In this document: positions 20,682-31,502 of the stretch, in pieces
Layout of the letters: every line of letters begins with the position of its first letter
Numbering within the stretch: the first letter of the stretch is position 1
Sequence record: PP328843.1
Direction: 5' to 3' (one strand)
DNA length: 64,000 nucleotides
DNA from: Escherichia phage 215Ecol030PP
Program-made: the position numbers and the translations under genes
Notes under the pieces: generated by a model
Told to the model about the DNA's origin: nothing
Databases searched by the model: none
The model's input: only the letters and a program-made list of their open reading frames with translations

Positions 20682-22141
20682 AGACCAGTTACCTCATGAA
20701 AATCACCAAATACATCTTCGAACGTATTAGCTTTAGTTTTATCTTCGCGTAAACGAATCGCAATCGGAAGAAATAATTTAACGTAATCAGTGCGGCCATC
20801 AGATTTTAACCAACCGTTGCATTCGCACTCTAGAATTTTTCCAATATAATAATTTTGGTTTTCCATAATGCGAGTACGGTCAAGTTCATGCGATTTTACA
20901 CCGGCTTTATCTTTTAAGCCTGAACCAGCATTTACTTTAATTTTTCCACACTCTGATTCAAGAATAAATCCACCTGCTTTAGTAGGGTCTTTACGGTGAG
21001 GATAAATTCCTACAATTTTTAAATCAACATCAATTACTTCTTTAAATTTATAGAGATTTTTTGAACGAGCATTTTCCCATAATCCATCGATATTTTTGAG
21101 AATAATACCTTCAAGACCTTGGTCAATATACTTTTTATAAATTACCTTAGCTTCATCTAGGTTATTTACTACTTGGTTTTCAATTAAAATTACTTTATCA
21201 TAGCCTGATGTCATTTGTTCTAGTTTAGAAAAACGTACATCATATTTCAAACGAAATGCAGGAAGACCGTATATTTCTACCAACGGAACATAGTCCCAGA
21301 CCTGAAACTTCATGCATTGAGCTTCTTTTTCAGAAATGGTTCCCTTTAAAGATTTATTAGCGATTCCATTAGAAGTAGTACGTGATTCAGCTACTTCGGC
21401 GAATTCTTTGGCTTTACTAATTTCAGGATAAGCATCAAAAAGAAAATCTAGGCCTTCTGGCTCCTTTTTAACTTGCTCATGGTATACCAATTCGCCATCA
21501 ATTAACACGCCTTCTGGATGAATCTGGCGGGCTTCAGCGGTCATTTTGATTAATTCTTCCTTAAGAAGATCTAATCCTAGATATTCATTACCGGCTCGTG
21601 ATAAAAGACGAACATCATCTAATTCATCACCTCTGACTTCGGCAAAGCACCGAGCTCCATCAGCTTTTAACTGGGCAAAGGCTGGAAATTTGATATTCTT
21701 ATTAATGCCTTTTTCATCATAAGAACTTGCAAGCATTTGAGGTTGTTCAGGAATTAAACCTGGCCAAACTTTGTTTGCAATAGATACCGAAGCACCGCAT
21801 TCAAGGTCTCGCATCATCACTCGACGCAAAACTTCAACATCATCTTTTTTACCATCGGTGATGTATCCAGTTAATTCCTCAATTGCCGCATTTCCAGTCA
21901 ATTTCCGAGTAGCTAACGTGAATTCAATGAAGTCAAGCATATCGGTAAGAGTCAACATTCCAAAACTCTGGGTAGCAATACCAGGTTTAGGCCATTTCTT
22001 GATATAATACTGCAACCCACGAGAATAAGTCAGACGATATACTCGTTTAAGCAATTCATTATCTTTATTCTTTTCAAGAATTGCTTGCTTCTGCTTAGTT
22101 GAACCAATAGATGCTATTTCGTTCAGAATTTTAAGAATCAT
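20678..22141 (-). CDS. 30: ATP-dependent DNA ligase
   Basis: 487 aa; sequence recognised as T4 DNA ligase (KADGAR adenylation motif present). Confidence 0.95.
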   Translation of the reverse strand: MILKILNEIASIGSTKQKQAILEKNKDNELLKRVYRLTYSRGLQYYIKKWPKPGIATQSFGMLTLTDMLDFIEFTLATRKLTGNAAIEELTGYITDGKKDDVEVLRRVMMRDLECGASVSIANKVWPGLIPEQPQMLASSYDEKGINKNIKFPAFAQLKADGARCFAEVRGDELDDVRLLSRAGNEYLGLDLLKEELIKMTAEARQIHPEGVLIDGELVYHEQVKKEPEGLDFLFDAYPEISKAKEFAEVAESRTTSNGIANKSLKGTISEKEAQCMKFQVWDYVPLVEIYGLPAFRLKYDVRFSKLEQMTSGYDKVILIENQVVNNLDEAKVIYKKYIDQGLEGIILKNIDGLWENARSKNLYKFKEVIDVDLKIVGIYPHRKDPTKAGGFILESECGKIKVNAGSGLKDKAGVKSHELDRTRIMENQNYYIGKILECECNGWLKSDGRTDYVKLFLPIAIRLREDKTKANTFEDVFGDFHEVTGL

Positions 22142-22407
22142 TGTTCATCCTTCAGAGTTTGGTTTACAGCTCTATTATAAATCAATTCATCATTAAGCTC
22201 AGTCAAAGACTTATGATATGTGGTTCTAACTTTATTTCCTTGCATCCAGTGCTTGACGTAAATGAAACCTTGCTCTACACATTTTTTAAAAATTCGTTCG
22301 TCTTTTTGAGCTCGGAATTCTGGATTGCATCTAAAAAATTGATTTACGTGACCGTAATCACGTGTAGTATTACCTTCATTTTCATAAATGGTATGAACAA
22401 CAAACAT
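22138..22407 (-). CDS. Hypothetical protein (30.1 position)
   Basis: 89-aa ORF overlapping the gene 30 start. Confidence 0.55.
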   Translation of the reverse strand: MFVVHTIYENEGNTTRDYGHVNQFFRCNPEFRAQKDERIFKKCVEQGFIYVKHWMQGNKVRTTYHKSLTELNDELIYNRAVNQTLKDEQ

Positions 22408-23246
22408 TAGAATGCTCCTTGGAAAATATTATCACCACTAGTAGGTCTATTATACAAATACTCTATGCCACCAGGTTTAATATAGTTCCATGTCTGAAAC
22501 GGATGTGTCTGATATGGATGATATAGATGATTATAAGGATTAAATCCAGGAGTTCTCCAGGTAGTGTTCCAAGGAAAAGAATCGTTTTTGATCATCTTCT
22601 CAATTACATCTTTTATAACTTTTTCACTATCAAAACTTTCTTTATTTTCCTTCGATGGAAAAAGCTTATTCTCTACATCATTCCATGTATAAACTCGCTG
22701 AGCAGTTTTTGGAATATTGTCACGTTCTCCTCGAGCCATCCAATAAACCGGAACATTTAATATTTCACTCGCGTGGTCGCAGTGGTGAGCGAGATCGTCA
22801 ATATAACAAATTACGTTATATTTCTCTTTTGCCTTTTTAAACAACTCTTCTTTTGAAGAATCATGACCACACATCATTACTTCTGAGAAGGCACCAGGAA
22901 AAAGAGCATTCAAATTAAATTGACGATTTAATAGAGCGTCAATAGAATCACCCAGCGCTGTAACAGCTACAAAATTATAATCTTCTTTTAATTTGTTAAT
23001 TACACACAGAGCATCTTTATATGGAGACAAGTAACGAATAAAATCTGAACGATTGTATTTTTCAATTAACTTGACGCCAAGTTCTTCGTCACAATTAAAA
23101 AGTTTACCAGGAGAAATAAATTTTTCATCTTGGATCATTTTTAAAATATGTTCCAATGGAAGATTATATTTCTGGGCAAAATAAGGAAGACCCGATTGCC
23201 AGCTTAAACATACTCCATCAATATCAGTTAAAATAGTAGGCTTCAT
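22407..23246 (-). CDS. HAD-superfamily-like hydrolase (30.2 position)
   Basis: 279 aa; N-terminal LTDIDGV resembles HAD motif I (DxDG). Confidence 0.55.
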   Translation of the reverse strand: MKPTILTDIDGVCLSWQSGLPYFAQKYNLPLEHILKMIQDEKFISPGKLFNCDEELGVKLIEKYNRSDFIRYLSPYKDALCVINKLKEDYNFVAVTALGDSIDALLNRQFNLNALFPGAFSEVMMCGHDSSKEELFKKAKEKYNVICYIDDLAHHCDHASEILNVPVYWMARGERDNIPKTAQRVYTWNDVENKLFPSKENKESFDSEKVIKDVIEKMIKNDSFPWNTTWRTPGFNPYNHLYHPYQTHPFQTWNYIKPGGIEYLYNRPTSGDNIFQGAF

Positions 23247-23707
23247 AGAGAGTCTCTTAATAGGTTTAACACATCAATAAATTCAGCTTCGGTTAGTATT
23301 GTATCATCTTTTGTTAGACCACTAGCCATGCTGTGCTTCAAAACTTTTCCTTTCGAGGCTTGTAATGCATCACGAAATCCCTTGTTTTGGATCGCTGCTT
23401 CAAAATATGCATTTGTGTATAATTCTTTCCACGCCGGGGAGTATCTTGAAAACGGAACTCCAAGCCAAAAGAGGGTCCCGCGGTCCTGAGCTCTTGCATA
23501 AGACCTTCCAGCTTGTTGGGCGGCAAGCCCGGATAACCCAAATATACGACGTTGTTGTTCAACGTTTTTCACCTTACACCCTTGGAGGAATCCTTCGAGA
23601 CCTCCAAATTGGATACCATCCATAACGAAAGGCCATTGGGCGAAATTGCTTAATGCACATGATGGCCATCTAAAATTGCTTCTTATCTCTAGCTCAGGCA
23701 TTTTCAA
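23243..23707 (-). CDS. NADAR/YbiA-family protein (30.3 position)
   Basis: 154 aa; SNFAQWPFVMDG...GLEGFLQGCK resembles the YbiA/NADAR signature. Confidence 0.6.
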   Translation of the reverse strand: MKMPELEIRSNFRWPSCALSNFAQWPFVMDGIQFGGLEGFLQGCKVKNVEQQRRIFGLSGLAAQQAGRSYARAQDRGTLFWLGVPFSRYSPAWKELYTNAYFEAAIQNKGFRDALQASKGKVLKHSMASGLTKDDTILTEAEFIDVLNLLRDSL

Positions 23708-23900
23708 TACTTATAATTTCAACATCAGCCCAATGACCATAGCAAGGAAGACGAAATTCAACTGGCCAGTTAGGGTCCTTTTCTAATATAATAGACTTAA
23801 CTTGTGGTTCTTCATGTTCATCGGTATACGGACCTTTATACGTTACTTTATATGTGACCTTAATGTACTGAATTCCAAAAATCTTATTAATTATATTCAT
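23694..23900 (-). CDS. Hypothetical protein
   Basis: 68-aa ORF in a tightly packed early gene array. Confidence 0.45.
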   Translation of the reverse strand: MNIINKIFGIQYIKVTYKVTYKGPYTDEHEEPQVKSIILEKDPNWPVEFRLPCYGHWADVEIISIENA

Positions 23901-24094
23901 ACTAATTCCTTTAATCCATAGATAGGAGATAATTCATCACCCATACGAAGGTCTTCATTTCCATCTACCCAGGAAACAATATAAGCCTCTTTTATTTGAA
24001 CGTCTCTCCATTTAAATGCAGGCAAAACCTTAGAAATTAATCCAGGTATACCGACTCCCTTTAATTCAACAGTTTGACCCAAAAAGAATTTCAT
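23897..24094 (-). CDS. Hypothetical protein
   Basis: 65-aa ORF overlapping neighbours. Confidence 0.45.
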   Translation of the reverse strand: MKFFLGQTVELKGVGIPGLISKVLPAFKWRDVQIKEAYIVSWVDGNEDLRMGDELSPIYGLKELV

Positions 24095-24381
24095 TAGAAC
24101 CTCATCTGAAATCCGTGCGATTTAACATTACCACCACCAATGTCAGAAATATTAATTTCACGCGCAATTGAAGGGTCAATGTCAATTTCACGATTGAGTT
24201 TAATGATTGCTAGAGTATCACGTCCATTTACAGTACGGAACTCTAAAGGACATACTACATTAACGTAGTTTTTAATCGATTCACTGGTAGGTTGCAAATG
24301 AGCAGGAAGGCCTTTAGGCGCCTTTGAGAAAACCACTTCACAGAAATTTTTACGGGTATCAAAATAAGTAGTCATAAACAT
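24094..24381 (-). CDS. Hypothetical protein
   Basis: 95-aa ORF with a GAGGA-type SD upstream. Confidence 0.5.
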   Translation of the reverse strand: MFMTTYFDTRKNFCEVVFSKAPKGLPAHLQPTSESIKNYVNVVCPLEFRTVNGRDTLAIIKLNREIDIDPSIAREINISDIGGGNVKSHGFQMRF

Positions 24382-24422
24382 AGTATTTTCCTCAGTAAGG
24401 GGCCGAAGCCCCTCATTTATTT

Positions 24423-24788
24423 TTAAATATCAAATTCGTTAAGAACTACATCAAAGATTGCTTCAAGATGCTCAGGTTTAGCTCTGTTACTCAGAATATG
24501 ACGAATCCAAGTTTTAACCAGAAGCTTGCGATTAACGCCATTCCAACAAGGATGAGTACCTAAATCACGTTGACGGAAATCATCATCTAATGCGATTTTA
24601 AAGGAAGAACCTTCTTTCGTGATTGAAACCGTGATGCCATTTTCAAATCGCATATAAACGTAGTTAGGAGTCATATACTGTTCAATTTCGCATACTGATC
24701 CATTTTGATGTTTCCAAAGGCAGATAGTATCAATAGAACCTGCAATACCATTAGAAACATATTTACGTTCAAAGTTGATGTAGTTCAT
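24423..24788 (-). CDS. Hypothetical protein
   Basis: 121-aa ORF with GGAGAATAAAA ATG context, driven by the early promoter at 24826-24854. Confidence 0.55.
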   Translation of the reverse strand: MNYINFERKYVSNGIAGSIDTICLWKHQNGSVCEIEQYMTPNYVYMRFENGITVSITKEGSSFKIALDDDFRQRDLGTHPCWNGVNRKLLVKTWIRHILSNRAKPEHLEAIFDVVLNEFDI

Positions 24789-24825
24789 TTTTATTCTCCG
24801 AGATGTTTAATTGCGGTACAGGTAT

Positions 24826-24854
24826 ATAATATCATATCCTGTACCAAAGTAAAC
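24826..24854 (-). promoter_or_regulatory. T4-type early promoter (GTTTAC, 17 nt, TATTAT)
   Basis: Minus-strand consensus hexamers with 17-nt spacer. Confidence 0.55.
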
Positions 24855-24856
24855 AA

Positions 24857-25189
24857 TTATTTTACTACTTTCCAATGCTGCATGTCAAGTTTACCAACTT
24901 TTTTCATCTTCTCAATCAAACGTTCGGCACGTTGACGGGCTGTAACATAATACCATTCACCTAATTCATTTTGTTCAATTTTTCCAACGATTACTGTATT
25001 CAATTCATAAATCCAACCAGTAAAGAAATTATGAACTTGAATTGTAAAGGTGAAATCTGTTCCCATACCTTCTGTTGTTTCTACTTCAATAATATCACCT
25101 TCAACTGCCATTAAGAACCACATAGTTTCATCATATTTACCATTGAAGCATTTAGTTTTAACTGCAGCGTTCAGATTAATCGTTTTCAT
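24857..25189 (-). CDS. Hypothetical protein
   Basis: 110-aa ORF with AAGGAGAATAAA ATG context. Confidence 0.55.
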   Translation of the reverse strand: MKTINLNAAVKTKCFNGKYDETMWFLMAVEGDIIEVETTEGMGTDFTFTIQVHNFFTGWIYELNTVIVGKIEQNELGEWYYVTARQRAERLIEKMKKVGKLDMQHWKVVK

Positions 25190-25216
25190 TTTATTCTCCT
25201 TTGTTTGTGTAAGATA

Positions 25217-25246
25217 ATACTATCACAAAGGAACCATACTGTAAAC
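25217..25246 (-). promoter_or_regulatory. T4-type early promoter (GTTTAC, 18 nt, TAGTAT)
   Basis: Minus-strand hexamers upstream of ORF 24857-25189. Confidence 0.5.
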
Positions 25247-25299
25247 AACTTTATGCAATCTTTGGAAAATAAAAAAGGACTCCCGAAGGAGTCCTCAAC

Positions 25300-25518
25300 T
25301 TATGCTTTCTGCTTACCAAAACGAGAAGCATCATCTCGAAGAACCGCACGTGCTCGGCGCATGATCTTCTCAACAGTTTGATTGATACGAGAGTTCGACC
25401 CACGCTTGTAGCCAGCGCGTTTAGAATCACCAACTTTCTTTTCAACTGCTTTCTTTGCTTTAGCTTGTTTTGCCATTATAAATTCTCTTTTAAATGAAAA
25501 TGCAGGACTTATTGGCAT
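25300..25518 (-). CDS. Small basic Lys/Arg-rich protein (30.9 position)
   Basis: 72-aa ORF (58 aa from the internal MAKQAKAKK start) followed by a hairpin terminator at about 25266-25290. Confidence 0.5.
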   Translation of the reverse strand: MPISPAFSFKREFIMAKQAKAKKAVEKKVGDSKRAGYKRGSNSRINQTVEKIMRRARAVLRDDASRFGKQKA

Positions 25519-25720
25519 TGCCTGCGCAAGCCCTCAAGGGGAACATAGGTTTTTGGATATTTAACGACCAGGATAACCATAAACCCGTCATCATTCACAT
25601 TCAAGAGGTACACCGTAAAACTGCCGGGGTCTTAAAACTATAATGATTCGCAAATCATTAATCAGACAGTTCGACGGCTCCTCGATTTAGCTCACACTAA
25701 GGCAGTGAATCTCCAATAAA

Positions 25721-25969
25721 TTACTTCAATGTTACCACAAAGTGACGAACTGCTTTTCGCGCAGCAGAAGCCAAAGGCTTAGCATATTTAAGTTCATCTT
25801 TTTCCTGAAGCTCAGCAGCTAATGCAGTTTGAGCAGGATTCAGATGTTTGAAATAACGCAGGATTTCAAGAGCTTCGGCTTCAACATCAATAGATGCGCC
25901 ATAGTTTTCGTGACCATTATTCCATGCGTTTCGTTGCAGTTCAAGAGCGTGTTGTAATTGTTTAATCAT
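25721..25969 (-). CDS. rIII: rIII lysis-inhibition accessory protein
   Basis: 82 aa, located just downstream of gene 31 as in T4. Confidence 0.7.
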   Translation of the reverse strand: MIKQLQHALELQRNAWNNGHENYGASIDVEAEALEILRYFKHLNPAQTALAAELQEKDELKYAKPLASAARKAVRHFVVTLK

Positions 25970-26116
25970 TTAAAAATTCTCGTTAGAGATTAAAACTCGG
26001 TAGTCACGTTCTTCTGAATTTCATCTTCTTTCGACAGATCTCTCAGTTGTAGACTACCACATAGAATTGTTCGGTTAACTTATTATTCCGACACCCAATT
26101 CATATTATTATTTATA

Positions 26117-26452
26117 TCACTTATAAAGACACGGAATAGCTTTATAGTGACAAGTAACGAATTTTTGTTTAATTTCTTTTGGCTGCTTAAGACCCAGAGC
26201 TACAAAAGGATGCGGAACATTTCGAATTTGACCAACTGGAAGAGAAGTCAAATCACCAACTTCGCAGAAACCTTCAGGAACATCAGGACCGACAGAGTGA
26301 ATTACACACAGTTCAGGAACTTCACCTTGAACACGTTTACCGATAATAAGTCCTGATTCTGTAACTTCTTCATCACCGGCTTGTGCAGGTTCAGAAACTA
26401 AAATAACATATTCACCGACAGCACGAATTGGTAGCTGTTGTACTTCAGACAT
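26117..26452 (-). CDS. 31: gp31 co-chaperonin (GroES analogue)
   Basis: 111 aa; sequence recognised as T4 gp31. Confidence 0.92.
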   Translation of the reverse strand: MSEVQQLPIRAVGEYVILVSEPAQAGDEEVTESGLIIGKRVQGEVPELCVIHSVGPDVPEGFCEVGDLTSLPVGQIRNVPHPFVALGLKQPKEIKQKFVTCHYKAIPCLYK

Positions 26453-26508
26453 CGTTTTTCCTTTTTGTTAACAGATGAATTAATAATAACAAATAATTCT
26501 TAAAGCAT

Positions 26509-26817
26509 TTATTTACCAATAAATTGGAGCAAATGCTCAACTTTCATACCATTAACGGAAATCAATTTGTCAATAGAAAAACCTCGCCATGCACCAAGCT
26601 CAACATCAAATACTGGAACCATATCAGTAGATTCTTTCCTAGTAGATTCCGTCAATTTACCAGTTTGCATGGTTGGCATAAAGTCTGCATCACGAGTACC
26701 TTTCATAACACGAATAGTACCATCAGACTTTTCAAAAACTACGCTTGAAACACCCATGGACAATTTAGTTTTCAAAATTTCACGAATTGCTACTTTTTGT
26801 TCAGTCGTCAGTTTCAT
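26509..26817 (-). CDS. Hypothetical protein (31.1 position)
   Basis: 102-aa ORF. Confidence 0.5.
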   Translation of the reverse strand: MKLTTEQKVAIREILKTKLSMGVSSVVFEKSDGTIRVMKGTRDADFMPTMQTGKLTESTRKESTDMVPVFDVELGAWRGFSIDKLISVNGMKVEHLLQFIGK

Positions 26818-27054
26818 TTATTTACCTATTACAGTTTTAATATGAGTTGTTCCACGTTCTTTAAGAGTGGAAAGTAATTTTTGGCATTTTTCTAAATCAG
26901 ATTTCCAACTATATGGTCTATCAATACTAGTCCAATCAGTTTTATAATACTGTTTCCATTTAGAGAAAAAATATTTCTTATACTCTACAGCAAATGAGAT
27001 GTTCTCGTTAGAATAAGAACTAATTGCTGTGAGCTTTACCAAACGAAATTTCAT
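26818..27054 (-). CDS. Hypothetical protein (31.2 position)
   Basis: 78-aa ORF abutting cd. Confidence 0.5.
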   Translation of the reverse strand: MKFRLVKLTAISSYSNENISFAVEYKKYFFSKWKQYYKTDWTSIDRPYSWKSDLEKCQKLLSTLKERGTTHIKTVIGK

Positions 27055-27635
27055 TATTCACCGCAGAATTCGTTGATATTTTCCCAGTTTAACTTATTCA
27101 AGTTTTTCTTAGGAACATTAAACACTTCAATACCTGCATTTCGCAGAATATCATCCCAGCCAGGTTTATTTTTATCATATGTTTCGCAATAAACCAGCTT
27201 TTTAATACCAGATTGAGCTATCGCTTTTGCGCAATCCGGACATGGAGAAAGTGTTACATACATAGTAGCACCTTCAATAGAAGAACCATTTCGTGCAGCA
27301 AACAAAATTGCATTTAGTTCAGCATGAATTTCATTTTTAGATGACCATTCCGAGTGAGCACTACGGTGTTCTTTCGCCAAGACAAAACGATCAGTTGAAC
27401 CAAATGATACGCATTCAGGCTTATGACCTTGAATGATAGTATGTTTAGGCTTATTCAACAACCAACCTTGCTCAGCAGCATAATCACAACAGTTCACACC
27501 CCCTGCGGGTGAACCATTATACCCAGTAGAAATAATACGTCCATTCTTTTCAATTACTGCTCCTACCTTCCAGGAGCAACATTTTGATTCCTGCGATACT
27601 AAATATGCAATTTGAAGTACTGTACTCGCTTTCAT
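27054..27635 (-). CDS. cd: dCMP deaminase
   Basis: 193 aa; HAELNA and PCPDC zinc-binding deaminase motifs; recognised as T4 Cd. Confidence 0.93.
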   Translation of the reverse strand: MKASTVLQIAYLVSQESKCCSWKVGAVIEKNGRIISTGYNGSPAGGVNCCDYAAEQGWLLNKPKHTIIQGHKPECVSFGSTDRFVLAKEHRSAHSEWSSKNEIHAELNAILFAARNGSSIEGATMYVTLSPCPDCAKAIAQSGIKKLVYCETYDKNKPGWDDILRNAGIEVFNVPKKNLNKLNWENINEFCGE

Positions 27636-27970
27636 TTCATAATCACCAGATAAGCAGATTTAGCAGTTTCAACACGATAAATTTCGTGACGAAGTTTAGT
27701 TATACTTTTAATAACAGAACTAATTATATTCTGCCCATCTTTAAAGCGGTTTTTCTTATCAATAAAAACTGCGCCAGTCATCTTTTTGTGAAGCTCAACT
27801 GGATACTTCGTCACAATAATAGCATCATACACGGAAGGATGAATACTATTCACCAGAGTATCATTCATTAAAGTTATTCTAATGAACTTTGCTGTTTCAG
27901 AATCAAGCGCTCTATGATCGCCAGTATCATTTTCAAGACAATTATCAATTATATCAGTTAAATTCATCAT
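27632..27970 (-). CDS. Hypothetical protein (cd.1 position)
   Basis: 112-aa ORF overlapping the cd start. Confidence 0.5.
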   Translation of the reverse strand: MMNLTDIIDNCLENDTGDHRALDSETAKFIRITLMNDTLVNSIHPSVYDAIIVTKYPVELHKKMTGAVFIDKKNRFKDGQNIISSVIKSITKLRHEIYRVETAKSAYLVIMK

Positions 27971-28203
27971 AGTACGCCATACACCCTTTGTGCTTCAACT
28001 AATCCATCAAAATCCAGTTTAAGATGCGATATTTGATCGCCATCGCCTGGATTCACAATTACTAATACTGAGCGAGGAGTTTCGGTAATAACACGAACCG
28101 ATGTTTCAGGAAATCGTTCAGAAACCTTATTTACTAATTCCTGTGCAAATAGTTTAACTTTTTCTTGGAATTCTTTAACAGTAATTGGTTTTTCGCTTAG
28201 CAT
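27967..28203 (-). CDS. Hypothetical protein (cd.2 position)
   Basis: 78-aa ORF with GAGGAAATTGAA ATG context. Confidence 0.5.
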   Translation of the reverse strand: MLSEKPITVKEFQEKVKLFAQELVNKVSERFPETSVRVITETPRSVLVIVNPGDGDQISHLKLDFDGLVEAQRVYGVL

Positions 28204-28233
28204 TTCAATTTCCTCATTTGTTTTGGTAGAGCT

Positions 28234-28263
28234 ATAATATCACAACTCTACCGTAAAGTAAAC
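28234..28263 (-). promoter_or_regulatory. T4-type early promoter (GTTTAC, 18 nt, TATTAT)
   Basis: Minus-strand hexamers upstream of ORF 27967-28203. Confidence 0.5.
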
Positions 28264-28265
28264 CA

Positions 28266-28541
28266 TTAAATCGCTTTGAATTCTGCTGTCTGCGATTCAA
28301 AACGAATGTCGCCTTTGATGACTAGCTCAGCATCAAGACCGAATACGACAATGATATGCGCTGACCCAGGATACAGTTGAATAACAACAGAATCCACCTG
28401 GTCTGGAAGCAAAGTGTTTAATACATGAGTCACTTGAGCGTGGATTCGAAGTTCAGCTGCATTATCAAGCTTTTCAAACATGTTATTAGCGATAATTTGG
28501 CTAAACACTACTTCTACGATTTTAGAGTAAGTCGGAAACAT
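28266..28541 (-). CDS. Hypothetical protein (cd.3 position)
   Basis: 91-aa ORF. Confidence 0.5.
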   Translation of the reverse strand: MFPTYSKIVEVVFSQIIANNMFEKLDNAAELRIHAQVTHVLNTLLPDQVDSVVIQLYPGSAHIIVVFGLDAELVIKGDIRFESQTAEFKAI

Positions 28542-28543
28542 AT

Positions 28544-28744
28544 TTACCTCACATAATTTTCTTCAAGCCAATCAATAACATCCAAAGCGTTATCAAAAAT
28601 TGAACCATCTACTTTGTCTTCTGTTTCATAATCAAGAACATCTAAGCCTACTCTTCCGTCAACAATAGGCCATAGACAAAATAGATATTTCTTTTCTTTT
28701 TCGATTTTATCACAAAGACGATAAATCTTTTCTAGATTATTCAT
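28544..28744 (-). CDS. Hypothetical protein (cd.4 position)
   Basis: 66-aa ORF. Confidence 0.45.
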   Translation of the reverse strand: MNNLEKIYRLCDKIEKEKKYLFCLWPIVDGRVGLDVLDYETEDKVDGSIFDNALDVIDWLEENYVR

Positions 28745-28927
28745 AAGTTTTCCATGGTAAAGGCAGTTTAGTTTTCTTTACTGTTAGTTCAACATCAGGA
28801 TTCTTTTCTCTTAATTTAAGGCATTCCTCCCAAGCTCTGATTTCACTAGTGAATATACAAAATTGCCCATTACTAGTACCAACTAAACCACTATTTACAA
28901 TAGCCCAAGTTTCATGATGCCAAGCCA

Positions 28928-28928
<1 letters not shown>
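28737..28928 (-). CDS. Hypothetical protein (cd.5 position)
   Basis: 63-aa ORF. Confidence 0.45.
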
Positions 28929-30128
<1,200 letters not shown>

Positions 30129-30132
<4 letters not shown>

Positions 30133-30365
30133 TTATTTTTCTCAACCAATGATTGAATATAATCATGCAGGTCTTTAGATGCTTTACCCCACTTATTTTG
30201 GTATTCATTTTTAAGATTAGCCCGAGATTGAGCTAATAAAACATCATTAGTTGGAGGTAAAGATTCTAATCGTTGAATCTGGCGTCCATAAATCATTGCA
30301 GCCATCTCAGATTCATAAATCAATCCTTTGAGATGTTCAAATTGATGCCATGAAATCATTTGCAT
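30129..30365 (-). CDS. Hypothetical protein (pseT.2 position)
   Basis: 78-aa ORF. Confidence 0.5.
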
Positions 30366-30655
30366 TTATCCTCTTTTAACTCTTGGCGATAATAACATAT
30401 CATAGTTTTCTGATCATGTACATATCGTTTTACATCATTAAGCCAAATACGAAATTCCTGGGAATCTTCAAATGGCATACCGACCCAAGCTTTACCATCG
30501 ATAACTTTAACTTGCCAAGATAGTTTAGCTTCATCATATGACTTTATCTGCACAGGCCAATTAGGATGAACTGTTTCTTTCTTTACTTCTAGAGGCTTTG
30601 TCGAACAACCAACTAGAAGACCAATAGATAATATTACTGCTGATAGTTTAATCAT
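30356..30655 (-). CDS. Putative lipoprotein (pseT.3 position)
   Basis: 99 aa; N-terminal hydrophobic signal ending in lipobox-like LLVGC. Confidence 0.5.
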   Translation of the reverse strand: MIKLSAVILSIGLLVGCSTKPLEVKKETVHPNWPVQIKSYDEAKLSWQVKVIDGKAWVGMPFEDSQEFRIWLNDVKRYVHDQKTMICYYRQELKEDKCK

Positions 30656-31005
30656 TTAGAAAGGTCCTGGATGTCTTCTGCGAACTTATTAAAGGAGTTG
30701 TTGATTTGTTTTTCAACCAATCCTGGCTTATGAGCCACCACATCCGCCTTCTTTGCGTCTTTGCGCAGTTTTTCATTTTCACGCTCAATAGCAGCAATTG
30801 CCTCACGATTTTTATTATTCATCGCATCAATATAATTATATTGAATTTTTAAATCATTTAATGCTAAAGCGTTTTCATTGGCCGTTTTTGTAATTTCTAC
30901 AACAGACGTTTCTAATCTTTCAATTTTACTTTTTAAAATTAAAGAAGTTCCGCCCAATGCAATTACAATTAATAACAAACCTGCTGTCGTATTACTTAAT
31001 TGCAT
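30652..31005 (-). CDS. Hypothetical coiled-coil protein with N-terminal transmembrane segment
   Basis: 117-aa ORF; hydrophobic N-terminus then charged helical region. Confidence 0.5.
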   Translation of the reverse strand: MQLSNTTAGLLLIVIALGGTSLILKSKIERLETSVVEITKTANENALALNDLKIQYNYIDAMNNKNREAIAAIERENEKLRKDAKKADVVAHKPGLVEKQINNSFNKFAEDIQDLSK

Positions 31006-31502
31006 AAAGTTTTAATAACCTCTACAATATCGTCTTGAGAAAGACCGTTAATTAAAATATGATGTTCAGCCGGAGATTTAGAAATTTTAAAGCATGCCTC
31101 AACATCTTCTGCCATATCTGATGCGCTACGATTTGGATTACTAATTCCAAGACGATGTTTTCCCGTTAAAGGATTAACGATGATATAACATTTACAGTTG
31201 TTAATATGAACATTAGGTTGAGTCTGATTAATGAACACTTCACAGTCGTATTTCGCAAGCTGATTTTCTAAAAAGACTTTCATCTCTTCAACCGCATCAG
31301 GAAGCATATCACGGGCTTGCTCAAGACGACGATTTCGATATTCTTTAATGGTCGTTTTCCGCTTGACTTGCTTAGCTAAATCTTTCTTAAGATCGGTGAT
31401 ATATCCAACTCGCCGATTTCCTTTAAATACAGAAATCCCATCTGTAGTATCACCGTATGCTTCAACGACCATTTCAGTAGTAATAAGCTGCAAATCCATC
31501 AT
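30996..31502 (-). CDS. alc: Alc, host transcription (elongation) shutoff protein
   Basis: 167-168 aa (MMDLQLITTEM...; true start may be the second ATG at 31499); position upstream of pseT region and downstream of rnlA as in T4. Confidence 0.75.
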   Translation of the reverse strand: MMDLQLITTEMVVEAYGDTTDGISVFKGNRRVGYITDLKKDLAKQVKRKTTIKEYRNRRLEQARDMLPDAVEEMKVFLENQLAKYDCEVFINQTQPNVHINNCKCYIIVNPLTGKHRLGISNPNRSASDMAEDVEACFKISKSPAEHHILINGLSQDDIVEVIKTLCN

